DNA of 64,000 nt from Macrostomum lignano (GCA_002269645.1 NIVC01001855.1:1-64000); one strand, 5' to 3'. Shown: positions 11,593 to 25,346, counted from the first letter of the stretch. The notes: a model not told the origin generated them from the letters alone. Program-made: numbers and translations.

Positions 11593-11890
11593 GTTGGTCA
11601 GGTAGGTAGGTTGTTGGGTTGGTCAGGTAGGTTGGTAGGTAGGCAGGTTGATCAGGTAGGTAGGTAAGTTGTTAGGTAGGCTGGAACGTAGGTTGGTAGG
11701 TTGGTCAGGTAGGTAGATAGGTTGATCAGTTAGGTAGGTTGGTAGGTTGGTTGGTAGGTTGGTCAGGTAGGTAGGTCATGTAGGTTGGTAGATAGGTCGG
11801 TAGGTAGGTTGGTTAGTAGATAAATAGTTTGGTAGGCAGGATTGTAGGTAGTTTAGAAGGCAGGTTTATAGCTACGTTGGTAGGCAGGTA
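11572..11890. repeat. Degenerate (GGTA/GGTT)n low-complexity tract
   Basis: Direct inspection. Confidence 0.85.
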
Positions 11891-13437
11891 GATCAGACAG
11901 AAAAATTGATTAGTTTTGATTATCAAATGACTTACTGCAGCATTTTTACCTACGCTAGCTCTGTATTTAATGCGTTGATGCTGATAGAATTTGTGGAACT
12001 AACGCCTAATACTGATTTATATTGTTAAAATAATAGATGTACTCCATGTACTTGAAGATATTGTTGTGTACATAGGAGATTCCTACAATGTACAATACTA
12101 AGCTAGAAAATTTTTCCTTTGGCAGTCAGGAATATGCTAAATTGTATGTACATGACATGTACGAGTCATCCTATGTACATTGTAGAATGTACTGTAGATT
12201 GAGAAAGATAAGATTTTATTGTTTTTTGCTTACTCATGTTTGAGTATTTTTCTTAATACGTTTGGAATTCGTTTTGGTGGCAAAGTTGTGGCTTTATATT
12301 GGAACTGCTGAACAGGATCTGCACTTCCATATTTTTACTGTTCGAGTGTTATTATTAAAAGTACAACTGTGCGAATTGCATATCTGGATGCAATCGGAAT
12401 TTTTGTTATTGTCTTGTTTAAAATTGCTGCACGTTACAGACAGTTTATTAATAATATATAAGATTATCTGTTTTCAATCTGCTCATATTTATAGTTTTGC
12501 CCCCAATCCTTTGGTGCAATAATTGCAAGCATATCGCGCTGCCAAAACTGTTTAGTGTTTGATGCCCAGCAGCACCATCAAAAGCTTTCACACCCCACAA
12601 TACTGGGGTGTTGCTTTATGAATAATACAGTAATATCGTGTCTCTTTCTCCTACTATTTTTGAAGAGCATATTTTCGTGGATTTTTTAAGCAACTGTATT
12701 GGAGCCCTGAATTAATCTTCGATGCGCGGAATTTGCGCATTCTATTAACAGTAGTATATGCTGCATGTAATACACGACAGTGTTCGGGAACTTGGCAGTT
12801 CGGGTTTTTTATGGCCAAAACAATCTTAAATCCAGTTTTTTGTTATTAACAACTAAATTCGAACAAAGCGTTGCAGTATTTGATTTATTTATTTCTGTAC
12901 AGCTGTACACTTATTGTCTACTGTAAGCACAGATACTAGATAACTGGATGGGCCACTCAGCACATTTGCGTGTAAGCTACTTTCAGTTCAGTAGTAAGTT
13001 AAACAGAAGCGTTTTAATGTATTTTAAAGCCAAGGCTCAATTTATTGGCTCTTACCCCCCCCCCCAGCTAAAAACCCTTCCAACGGCGCCTTTCCACACC
13101 ACCCCCAATTTTTATTGCCTTTCTCGGAATTCCAGCCTAAAGCTGCCATGTACATTTCAGTGGACTGGCTAATGTACATTATTGCTGAACCAATTAGCAA
13201 GTTGTTTACGCCTGCAAGCTTTGGGCTTCTAAACTTATCAAAGTCGTTTAAGCAGCCTTTATTTTTATAAAATAGCTTATGTATTCGTCTTTGCTACTGA
13301 ACTGGAAGTAAAAAGCTGTTTTACTTATTTACTAAGATGCCTGAGTGGCCCATCCAGTTATTCTGTGACTATAAGTAGTATCTGACGCAAATATGAAATC
13401 GCATTACAAAGTATGAATCCAACACCAAGAAAAGTGT

Positions 13438-13815
13438 TCAAACTCGTGCCAGCTCGCTAGTAGTGCAGTCAACCACCTGTTTCATGGGTTGCACAGAGTC
13501 GGAGATTGCGAAATGGCAGTCTGTACAGGCGGCCACTTGGCTCACTGTTACACCGTCCGCCAGCTCCAGCAGGGTCAGGCCGCGGTTCTTGTCCACGGAG
13601 AACACCGCCAGGTCCGTCACTATGAGATCGACGCAGCGTCTGCCAGTCAGTGGCAGGGTGCAGCTGGACAGGATTTTTGGCTGGCCATTCACAGTGCAGT
13701 GGCGCATGGCGACCACCACGCGGATGCCGCAGCTGACCAGCTCCATGGCGCCGCCCATGCCGACGGCGGCTGCGCCAGGGATGATCCAGTTGGCGATGTC
13801 GCCGAATTGCGACAC
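13438..13815 (-). CDS. OXCT1: SCOT/OXCT-like exon 2
   Basis: Acceptor cccttcag|13815; VSQFGDIANWIIPG...GMGGAMELV...CTLPLTG...TDLAVF. Total 485 aa from the ATG at 15258. Confidence 0.93.
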   Translation of the reverse strand: MSQFGDIANWIIPGAAAVGMGGAMELVSCGIRVVVAMRHCTVNGQPKILSSCTLPLTGRRCVDLIVTDLAVFSVDKNRGLTLLELADGVTVSQVAACTDCHFAISDSVQPMKQVVDCTTSELARV

Positions 13816-14178
13816 CTGAAGGGGGAAATTCAGATAAAATGAGGTTGATGCCAATTCTGCCACTGCCGTCGTGCAGCATGCTAACAACTACATTATGAAC
13901 CAGATTTTTAGAGAATTTCAAAATAATATACTCGTAATTTATGCCTGATAGACGTACTGTACTGAGTCTGTGATGGGGGTTGCAACTTGCACTCTGTACT
14001 GTATTTCTAACCTGTGTGCTTCCCAGAGTTGTTACCCAATTACAGTACAAGGACATCTTAAGTAGAGACTTACTTGAGAAGTCCGCTTAACCCATATACG
14101 CTCGACGCTGGTAGATTTACGCGTAAAATACTCGTTTTTAATTTTACATATTACTAGTAGTAGCAAGGATTTTTCTAC

Positions 14179-15258
14179 CTGAGTAGCGCCCAGCACAGTC
14201 ATGCTGAGATGGCCGCCGCTCACAATGGCAAAGCTGGTGGCCGAATCAAAGCAGACCGCCCCGGGCCGAAGCGTGACGCTCTCCCGACTGGCGTTGATGA
14301 GGTCCGGATCGAAGTCCGCCTCCGAGCTGGGGTAGGGGCCCAGGCCGAGCACCCCGTTCTCCGAGTGCAGGAAGACGTTCAGGCCGCGTGGCACGCAGCT
14401 GGCGGCCAGCATCGGGATGCCCAGGCCGACGTTCGCGAAGCTGTCAGCCTTGAACTCGGCGGCGACTCGGCGAGCGATGGTCATCAACGCCGGCTGCTGC
14501 TGGCGCGAGGTCGCCCGCTTCAGCACTCGCCTCGCCTCCGGCCGCTGCTTCTCCGCCAGCACCAGGCCCTGCACGAACACCGAGGGCACGTGGATCTGGT
14601 CCGCTGGCAACTGTCCGCAGTCGACAATCTCTTCGACCTCGGCGATGGCGACCCGAGCCGCCTGGCACATGATCCCGTTGAAGTTGTTCGCCGACATCCG
14701 GAACTGCAGGTTGCCGGCCCGGTCGGCGCGCCAGGCCTTCACCAGGGCGACATCGGCTTTCAGCGCCGTCTCGAGCACGTGCTCCACCCCGTCGAACAGG
14801 CGCGTCTCCTTTGCCGCGGTGACCTCCAGAACGCCGCCGTCGGGTCCGTATCGGAGCGGCACGCCGCCGTTTGCGATGGCGGTGCCAACGCCGGCGCGGG
14901 TGTAGAAGGCCGCCAGCCCGGAGCCGCCAGCCCGGATCCTCTCGGCGAAGGTGCCCTGCGGCAGGAGCTGCAGCTCCAGCTGGCCCAGCAGGTGACGCTG
15001 GTAGATCTCGCGGTTGGCGCCAATGTAGGTGGTGAGCAGACTTTGCACCCGACGCCTTGATATGAGCCGGCCGAGCCCAGAGTCCGGACTGCCCCCAGTG
15101 CCCGAGATCAGCGTCAGGCCTTCGGCGCCGCTCTGCAGCACCTGAGCCAGCAGGCCTTCGGGCGAGCCGCAGTGACCGAAGCCGCCAACCATGACTGAGC
15201 AGCCGGAGTGCACATTGTTGAGCACGGCTTCCAAGCAGCTGTCGTATTCGATTACCAT
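14179..15258 (-). CDS. OXCT1: Succinyl-CoA:3-oxoacid CoA-transferase (SCOT/OXCT-like, fused A+B), exon 1
   Basis: VGGFGHCGSPE, PQGTFAERIRAGG, KAWRADRAGN, GLGIP and HSENGVLGLGPYP (catalytic Glu motif). Donor cag|gtagaa at 14179/14178, phase 0. Confidence 0.93.
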
Positions 15259-15761
15259 ACTGAGTTTATTTGCCTCTCTGAAAGTTACACTTTAATGTTG
15301 CAGAGCACACTGAATCTTGGCCTCACTAGCCTCACCTGCATACTCAGTATATGTAGTGCAGTTTCTGAGCCTCCCTTGTGCAAACGACAACATCTTTAAA
15401 TAAATCTTGCATTGTATGACGTTTACTGACGATGTGTGCTAAAAATAGACTTTTAGCTGTGTCTGTGTGCTATTTTTAGACTCAGATTGCACTAGCATGG
15501 GAAAGCACTCTATTCAGTTAGATTTTCCTATGGAAAAGTACATCTAACTCCCAACTCAGTGTGTTGCTAGGTCGTCCGACAGTGCTAGCGAGCTATTTTC
15601 ACTCGTAGCCACCACCTAGTAAAATTGTTTGCCACCAATGCTTAACTTTCTCGACAAGAACAGGATACCATGGATCAACTGTACTGTACTGTGTACAGTG
15701 TACCTTACAGACAACACAGTCACCCCTGAGTCCCTGAGTCACTTGGATATTTCTTTGCTGA

Positions 15762-16435
<674 letters not shown>

Positions 16436-17450
16436 GTTGTACTACTTACAGCTAAACTCACACAGTAGTAAATTTGGTGTAGTAGCACTCCAATAAACGC
16501 TCAGCTTCCTGGGCTGGCACTCCATCAGTATCGGTAAATCCATAATGTTTAGATGGGAGTTATGGTTATTATTTACAACACTCGAGCTCTTTGCGAACAC
16601 CTACATACATGGGCCCGTTCCCCAGGATACAGAGCGGGGGGGGGAGCGGCGCAACTTGGGAAGGGAAAAAATCCCAACAAAAGCCTTGTGCAGTTGCTGC
16701 TAACAGACTCAGAATGCTTGCTACTGGCTTGCTAATGCTGCAAAAGCACAGATACTATAAACACTAGATAGGCCACTCCAGCTAATTTTCACAACACGAC
16801 AGTTTACTCTACTTTCTGCTTAGTAGTAGTAAAAACATTTTAGCGTTATTTATATTTTTTTAAAATAAAAAAACAGATGAATGCAATGCAGCAATTGTAT
16901 TGATTTTTTGCAAAAAGAAACTTATAATTATACTTTCCACAATTCAAAGCAACATTGTGAATGCTTTAGATTGCATAGAAGGCTATATTATTGCAGTCTA
17001 CTATTGTATATTTAGCAAATACGAGCTATATCATATACTCCATAATCCATATTCGTGAAGCAAAATAGAAAGATTTCTCATCTTAATCAGCTCATCTGTT
17101 TGTGAAACTCGCAGCGTGCTGTCGAAGAACAGGGTCGCCAGTCGCCCTTGTTCAGAGGCAGCATTCAGAACGGCCCAACAGATGAAAAAAACTGGCGAAT
17201 GCGCCACTTCAAGGTCCAGGGATGTATCCGATGGAGCCAATCCTCAGTGGTTTCGTAACAGGCAGCCGATAAGCAGCAGGACTTTTGTGGTGCAGCTGCA
17301 ATGAGCTGCTGATGAGATGACATCCTTTGACCAGAGCACCCCTGACTGCGAGCGCCCTGCCGCCCAGTCGACCGCTGGAAGCTGCGCTAGCCACGCCTCC
17401 ACAGTCCATGGATGCACGACTGCGCTGCACTTGCCTTGACCATCGAGAGT

Positions 17451-17710
17451 TGCCGCTGCAGCCGCTTGATTTGCCTGTCGCTTTCGGGATTGCCGCTGCA
17501 GCCGCTTGATTTGCCTGTCGCTTTCGGGATTGCCGCTGCAGCCGCTTGATTTGCCTGTCGCTTTCGGGATTGCCGCTGCAGCCGCTTGATTTGCCTGTCG
17601 CTTTCGGGATTGCCGCTGCAGCCGCTTGATTCGCCTGTCACTTTCGGGATTGCCGCTGCAGCCGCTTGATTCGCCTGTCACTTTCGGGATCGTTGCTGCA
17701 GCCGCTTGAT
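17451..17710. repeat. 40-bp tandem repeat (~6.5 copies)
   Basis: Unit gccgcttgatttgcctgtcgctttcgggattgccgctgca at 17461, 17501 and onward. Confidence 0.95.
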
Positions 17711-18904
17711 CTTTGCCTCTAGCGCTTGGAACCCGCGAATCGGCTGCAGAGGTGAGAGCTTTCAGCCGCAACAGCTGTTCTCGGCGCAGAATCTGGTAGC
17801 CGAAGGTTGCTCTGCCACAGCACTGGCAGCAGGCAAGTCGCAGGCTCGGCTGCAGATAGATTGCTAATTGGCCCCAGCACTGGAGGGTACATGTCGTCTG
17901 CCTCTTCATCGTTTATCAGTCCTTTGCACAGAGGGTAGCTGGTCTATTTGAACGAGCCGAGGCAGCATCAACTCTTGGTGTGGGATTGCGTCCCAGCGAA
18001 AACAGATGTCTTGCACATCCGTGGCACTTTGTAAGGCAGCAGTAGGCCTCGTCCATAAAGTGCAAGCTGAACACACGGAGGCCCCGTGATTTAATTGTTT
18101 ATAAAGATCAATATCCACGCTCCTGTAGTAGCTGCTGCCAGCGCTTCGCCAGTGTCATCTTTTGGTAATTTATGCATTCGCAACGGATTTTTCTTTCTCG
18201 GATGTTAATAGCACTAGTACAAAGCTCGTGCAAGTGGGAGCACAGCAGTGGTTCGAATCAAAACATTTCTCGAGTACAAGATTAGATAGAAAAGCTAGTA
18301 TGCACTCGAACTTTCTTTAACTCTGACTCTTGTCCTGTTCATCTATATAAGCTTGTATTTAAGCACGATTCGCCACCCCCAAATTTTCTAACCCACAACC
18401 TCTCAACCCCACCCCACCCTAACCCAGGCTAGCTATGTGCAGTCCTTTATTTTCTATCCCACCACCAGTAGGCCTAAATTATCGATCCACTCACCCTGCC
18501 TTATACGAAACTGATATTAACCCTATTCCAGACTACCCCCTTCCTCCACTTTGAAAGATAGCGGCATTGCACACTGTCTGTCGCGTCTTAATGTACACCA
18601 TTACTGCACAAAACAAGTTAGTTGTTTATGGCGTTAGCAAAACGATGTCTTAAAAACAGTCACTCGATTTGTCTAATTTAGCAAATAATACTGTTGCTTC
18701 CTTTCATTGCTACTAAGCAGAAAGTAGAATAAAAAACTTGCCCAGAAAATTAGCCTGAGTGGCCTATCTAGTGTTTATAGTATCTGTGTGCAAAAGTACT
18801 TTTATCTGGTATCTGGTTGGTATTGTGTAAATTCTGACAGCTTGCTGTTATTTCACTTGCTACTGTCAAACATAGACTGTTGATACTGTAACCCCAGTCT
18901 CGAT

Positions 18905-19211
18905 CACTGTAACTCTCACTGTAACTCTCACTGTAACTCTCACTGTAACTCTCACTGTAACTCTCACTGTAACTCTCACTGTAACTCTCACTGTAACTCT
19001 CACTGTAACTCTCACTGTAATTCTCACTGTAACTCTCACTGCAACTCTCACTGCAACTCTCACTGTAACTCTCACTGCAACTCTCACTGCAACTCTCCCT
19101 GTAACTCTCACTGTAACTCTCACTGTAACTCTCACTGTAACTCTCACTGTAACTCTCACTGTAACTCTCACTGTAACTCTCACTGTAACTCTCACTGTAA
19201 CTCTCACTGCA

Positions 19212-19246
<35 letters not shown>

Positions 19247-19625
19247 CATTCTCACTGTAACTCTCACTGTAACTCTCACTGCAACTCTCACTGCAACTCT
19301 CACTGCAACTCTCACTCTCACTCTCACTGTAACTCTCACTGGGACTCTCACTCTCACTGTAACTCTCACTGCAACTCTTACTGCAACTCTCACTGCAACT
19401 CTCACTGCAACTCTCACTCTCACTGTAACTCTCACTCTCACTGTAACTCTCACTCTCACTGTAACTCTCACTCTCACTGTAACTCTCACTGCAACTCTCA
19501 CTGCAACTCTCACTGTAACTCTCACTGTAACTCTCACTGTAACTCTCACTGTAACTCTCACTGTAACTCTCACTGTAACTCTCACTGTAACTCTCACTGT
19601 AACTCTCACTGTAACTCTCACTGCA

Positions 19626-19660
<35 letters not shown>

Positions 19661-19919
19661 CACTCTCACTGTAACTCTCACTGTAACTCTCACTGCAACT
19701 CTCACTGCAACTCTCACTGCAACTCTCACTCTCACTCTCACTGTAACTCTCACTGGGACTCTCACTCTCACTGTAACTCTCACTGCAACTCTTACTGCAA
19801 CTCTCACTGCAACTCTCACTGCAACTCTCACTCTCACTCTCACTGTAACTCTCACTGTAACTCTCACTGTAACTCTCACTGTAACTCTCACTGTAACTCT
19901 CACTGTAACTCTCACTGCA

Positions 19920-19954
<35 letters not shown>

Positions 19955-20390
19955 CACTCTCACTGTAACTCTCACTGTAACTCTCACTGCAACTCTCACT
20001 GCAACTCTCACTGCAACTCTCACTCTCACTCTCACTGTAACTCTCACTGGGACTCTCACTCTCACTGTAACTCTCACTGCAACTCTTACTGCAACTCTCA
20101 CTGCAACTCTCACTGCAACTCTCACTCTCACTCTCACTGCAACTCTCACTGTAACTCTCACTGTAACTCTCACTGTAACTCTCACTGTAACTCTCACTGT
20201 AACTCTCACTGTAACTCTCACTGTAACTCTCACTGCAACTCTCACTGCAACTCCCACTCAAACTCTCACTCAAACTCTCACTGCAACTCTTACTGCAACT
20301 CTTACTGCAACTCTCACGGCAACTCTCACTCTCACTCTCACCGCAACTTTCAGGGCAACTGTCTCTATAACACTCACTGCAACTCTCACC
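18905..20390. repeat. 12-bp/6-bp minisatellite with higher-order duplications
   Basis: Units actgtaactctc, actgcaactctc and actctc. Confidence 0.97.
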
Positions 20391-21404
20391 CAGTTACCTT
20401 AACCAACAGTCACTCAAAAAAACTTTCTCATCTCATGGTTTCGCATGCAGATCTGCAGATCCTGAGTATTCAAAGCCATAAAAATCAGAGGGACCAGCAA
20501 TCTGACCCGGCTGCAGGGATGGCTGTCTGACCAGGACTTCTCAAGCCACCGTGCTCAGGATTCCGTAGCAAAAAAATCCCCGAGAAACCTTTGAGTCTCG
20601 GTGCAACCATGCACTGTCCCATACAAGGTCACCTGCACCTCAGCACTTCGCTGCTTCCAATTAGCGCTAATTGAGAGCAACAACTGTTTTCTTTTGAAGA
20701 AGAATAGCTTCTATTTTGAAGAGAGGCAATCAGACAGACACGCGCCGCGTTCTGAGCTGCAAGCGATTCTCTGAAAGCTTTTTTCAATAATACTTTTGTT
20801 TTCAAGCAGCTCTCCGGAGTGAAACCGACCAAAAAGAGCATTTTGCTGTTTTCCCCACTCGAACAGAAGCAGAAAAACCTTCGAGCTAGTCAAGAGTTTC
20901 GGGACTCTCTTTGCCTGAGCTGCCTCCGGCCGTCTCTAGAAGTGGAGAGAGATTACTGTTTGACTTTCCCAGTCTACTCCTGCAGCTGGGAAATTGACAG
21001 CTGCTTTTGCCAAGTTAAAAGACGCTTGGAAGCAGCAGACTATTGGGAATGCCAGAGCAGTAAACTTGGCCCACCCAAGTTAAACCCGGCTCGATCACGC
21101 TTGGATTACTCGAGTGCTGAGAGAGGAGATGCTGCGTGTTCGACTGATGGAGAGTTGAGAAATTCGAAACCGAAATTCATTCGCTATTTTTACCGTTGAG
21201 CAGCGAGTGGGTCGGATAGCTGGCAGGAGAGCTGCTTCACCTCTTCTTTCATCTTGAAAAGAATCGAATATCAGGGGCAATCGATGCTTTGAACTCATTT
21301 TTTCTGACCTAATCGATTGTGTGGGATGCTCGTTAGTAAGATTTGTCCTTCATTTCTTCTCTTGTCCCCACATGCTTGCTAGATTTATAAGGTTTTTGAG
21401 CAAC

Positions 21405-21832
21405 CGTTAATGAGCTAAGGTTCCTGTACTCAATCATTAGCACACTGTTAATTAGCTCAGATTCCTGTACTCAATCATTAGCACACTGGTAATTAGCTCA
21501 AATTCCTGTACTCAATCATAAGCACATTGTTAATTAGCTCAGATTCCTGTACTCAATCATTAGCACACTGTTAATTAGCTCAGATTCCTGTAATCAATCA
21601 TTAGCACACTGGTAATTAGCTCAGATTCCTGTACTCAATCATTAGCACACTGTTAGTTAGCTCAGATTCCTGTACTCAATCATTAGCACATTGTTAGTTA
21701 GCTCAGGTTCCTGTACTCAATCATTAGCAGATTGTTAGTTAGCTCAGGTTCCTGTACTCAATCATTAGCACACTGTTAGTTAGCTCAGATTCCTGTACTC
21801 AATCATTAGCACACTGTTAGTTAGCTCAGATT
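21405..21832. repeat. 41-bp minisatellite (~10 copies)
   Basis: Unit ttcctgtactcaatcattagcacactgttaattagctcaga. Confidence 0.95.
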
Positions 21833-22209
21833 TCAGGCTCACTCTACTCAAATTTTAACCATTTTCAATCGCAACCAGAGCTCCAGCCCGAGCACTTTGA
21901 TCTCGCTCTCAAAGCTGCTACTCAGCTCGAGTTTGAGCAGCTGCCAAATTTCCCAATGCTGCCAACAAAGCTGATTCCCTAATCCGATCGGGACAGTTCG
22001 GCCTAAATTGTCACTTTCCCATCAGATCTCTCTGTGTTCTTCTGTTGATTGGTCTGTGAAGCATTCGAGCTGCAGGCAGACAGCAGATTGGGATTTGGCC
22101 ATTTGTCGTCCCCGCATCTGGAGCGCCTACATGTATATATACAAATAATTATGGGAGTTTTTGGTTAGGGAGGCAACAGGAAAAGAGTGAAATTCTTGGC
22201 CTAATGTGT

Positions 22210-22800
22210 TTTGATGTCTTTTGGTGTTTTAGTTTGTCTTGATGTGTCTTGATGTCTTTTGGTGTGTGTGTTAGTTTGTCTTGATGTGTCTTGATGTGTC
22301 TTGATGTCTTTTGGTGTGTGTGTTAGTTTGTCTTGATGTGTCTTGATGTGTCTTGATGTCTTTTGGTGTGTGTGTTAGTTTGTCTTAATGTGTCTTGATG
22401 TGTCTTGATGTCTTTTGGTGTGTTCTTGGTGTGCCTTGATGTCTTTCGGTGTGTTTTGGTGTGTCTTGGTCTGTCTTGATGTGTCTTGATGTCTTTTGGT
22501 GTGTCTTGGCGTGTCTTGATGTGTCTTGATGTGTCTTGATGTGTCTTGATGTCTTTTGGTCTGTCTTGGTGAGTCTTGGTGTGTCTTGGTGTGTCTTGAT
22601 GTGTCTTGATGTGTCTTGATGTCTTTTGGTCTGTCTTGGTGAGTCTTGGTGTGTCTTGATGTGTCTTAAAGTGTCTTGGTGTGCTTTGGTGTGTCTCGGT
22701 GTGTCTTGGTGGGTCTTGATGAGTATTGATGTGTCTTGTGTCTTTTTTGTCTTGATGTGTCTTGATGTGTCCTGATGTGACTTGGTGTGTCTTGGTGTGC
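22210..22800. repeat. Degenerate ~10-bp repeat
   Basis: Units gatgtgtctt and ggtgtgtctt. Confidence 0.9.
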
Positions 22801-23280
22801 CATGGTGGGATTTACCTGTATTGATGTGTCTCTGGGTCTGTCTCCATGAGCTTAGTTTGTATTTGTGACTGTGAAAAGTTTTATTTTCCTTCATTAATTA
22901 GCGGGGGCTCAAGATTGCTAGTCTACATCTGAAAGAATCGCAGGGCCAGTACGCCTGCACATCCATTTTAATACGATATCTATTCTCAGAGAAAGTACAA
23001 ACAGCCAAATCCAATAAAATATGTCGCATAGAAAACATGATCCGAATTTCATTTTCTATAGCCAGCTACTGTTAGATTAATTTAATCAACATCAGTACCA
23101 TGCGGCCGCAGACTCCCCAACAAGAATCTGATAGCTACGCCCCAAGCAGCCAATCATAACGCGCAGACTTGGGCTATAAGAGCCACGCGAAGTTTCTACC
23201 GCCAGTTTCTCCCGCTGTCGCGCAGAAAGTTGCCCTGAAAAATGGTCTCGAGCGCCAAGTCTCACCAGCTGCTCAGCACG

Positions 23281-23567
23281 ATGGATACAAATCTCACCTG
23301 TCAATCATCGCCCAGACTAATCGTGGAGCACCTGGCCAATCAGTCTGGCTGTCGCTTGCTTGACAGCGAGCTGCGCTGGGAGCTGGCGCTGACTTTCTAC
23401 TCGCCTCTGGCCCTGTGCTGCACCGGGTTCCTGTTGAACTTGGTCAACTTCTGCGTGCTGCGCAAGCCGCAGTTTGATGGCCAGGCCTACAAGTACATGG
23501 CGGCCATTGCGCTGGTTGATGCCGCCTTCTTGCTGGTGTACACCTTGTACGTGTCCACCGCGCAGAG
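23281..23567 (+). CDS. Class A (rhodopsin-like) peptide GPCR, exon 1 (N-terminus, TM1-TM2)
   Basis: ATG at 23281 (MDTNLT...NQS glycosylation sequons; an in-frame ATG at 23242 is an alternative). TM1 GFLLNLVNFCVL, TM2 YMAAIALVD. Donor ag|gtgagt, phase 2. Confidence 0.85.
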
Positions 23568-23599
23568 GTGAGTCACGGCCTGCGCATTTCGTTTCTAGC

Positions 23600-24230
23600 T
23601 CGTCTCTATCTCATGTCTATCTCATGTCTATCTCATCTCTATCTCATCTATTTCTCATCAATATCTCATGTCTATCTTATCTCTATCTCATGTCTATCTC
23701 ATCTCTATATCATGTCTATATCATCTCTATTTCACCTTAATCTCACGTCTATGTCATGTCTATCTCATCTATATCTCATTTATATCTCATCTCTATTTCA
23801 CCTTAATCTCATGTCTATCTCATGTCTATCTCATCTATATCTCATTTATGTCTCATCTCTATCTCATCTCTTTCTCATCTCTATCTTACGTCTATCTCAT
23901 GTCTATCTCATATCTATCTCATCTCTATCTCAAATCTATGTCATGTCTATCTCATCTCTATCTCATCTCTATCTCACCCATATCTCATCTCTATCTCAAA
24001 TCTATCTCACCCATATCTCATCTCTATCTCAAATCTATCTCACCCATATCTCATCTCTATCTCAAATCTATCTCACCCATATCTCATCTCTATCTCAAAT
24101 CTATCTCACCCATATCTCATCTCTATCTCAAATCTATCTCACCCATATCTCATCTCTATCTCATCTCTATCTCAAATCTATCTCACCCATATCTCATCTC
24201 TATCTCATCTCTATCTTATCTATACCTCAT
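23600..24230. repeat. Intronic (tctatctca)n-type repeat
   Basis: Direct inspection; includes a more regular ~36-bp sub-array at about 23960-24200. Confidence 0.9.
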
Positions 24231-25346
24231 GTTTTATCATTTCCACCTGATCTTAAGCGAGCACACTGAAAAATCTTGCAGAACCGCATCCACCTCAACT
24301 AATAGCATGGCGTTTATTATTAAAGGAAAAGAAATTTGCTACAAAAAAGCTTTCATGAAATTATCTGAGAACTAAGAGTAGCAATTCATTCAGATAGGCT
24401 AAGCAGTAGAAAATGAAGCAGTTTGACTTCTCCTATAGAAAGTACAGGCAAACACTCGAAGCAGATGGAAAAACAGTTGCACCTGACTGATCTCGTCAAT
24501 GCCAGATCAGAAAACAATATTTTTATTGTGAAAGAGAAATCCACCGTTTTTTATGACCTACAAAAAACCTCTTGAATGCCACCTTGCTCACAGCAACAGC
24601 AGCAGCACCTGCTAGGTGTCAGGGATCATTGTTCTGAGTAGGCCAGCTTTGCAGCATGACCAGTATCCTCATTGTCAAAGGATGCTTTGCTGAGCCTCAC
24701 ACCTTTGACACACAATCGCGTGTCTCTCCGCTCTTTTCTCGAGGCGTTTTCTAAGAAATTCAAAAGAAGCAATAGCTGCTCAAAGAAAGAATGTGACACT
24801 TCTCGGTACTCAACATGCCTACCAGGTGGAAAGCCTGAGAACGGCATCTATCCACCCACACCCACGCCTGATGGGCAGAGCCATATTAGTACACAGAATA
24901 TGAGCCCGAGCTTTCCAGAATTTCCGTCAGCTGGGAGAGTCTCATGGCTGAGAATGAGATCTCCGCGAAGCTCTGCTGATTTGGAGCCAAGCGGAAATCT
25001 CAAATATTTGCTCACCAGAGGCTCCCTGCTGTTTATCGGCTTGGAATGGGGGAGGAGGATGGGGCTGAGCGATAAGAGAGGCTGGAGTAGCTGAGATTTT
25101 GTTGTTTAGCAAAAAATTATATATTTGCACCTCAACTGCTTGCGGTATTGCTTCTTCTCTGATGCAGCATCGGGACATTGTCAGTCAGGAAGCTGGGCTG
25201 CTGAAGTGGTTCTGCAACTCCTCGATGCTAGCTGTTACTAGCTGTAATCAGAAGATATATGATTGCATCACAAATTGACAGATAAATAAATAAATTAACA
25301 TAGCTCAAATTCAATAATTGTTCTTGACGGAGATTGAGATATTGAT

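Noticed and set aside
12590-12611. Hairpin acacccca-caatac-tggggtgt as a terminator or ncRNA
   Set aside because: An isolated 8-bp stem, expected by chance in 64 kb. Bacterial terminator logic does not apply.
14209-15060. 283-aa plus-strand ORF (and 7078-7608, 11050-11562 minus-strand ORFs)
   Set aside because: They are antisense shadows of GC-rich real exons (SCOT, FLCN).
13438-15258. Horizontal transfer of the CoA-transferase from bacteria
   Set aside because: It has the fused eukaryote-type architecture, including the P-x-x-Y-x-x-DG insertion, and a canonical spliceosomal intron. Nothing visible requires HGT.
18480-18500. ttatcgatccactcac shared with ~6601
   Set aside because: One 16-nt match without extended flanking homology that I can verify. 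It is at most a relic of a dispersed repeat.
23568-24375. 233/235-aa hydrophobic ORFs
   Set aside because: They are translations of the tctatctca repeat within GPCR intron 1.
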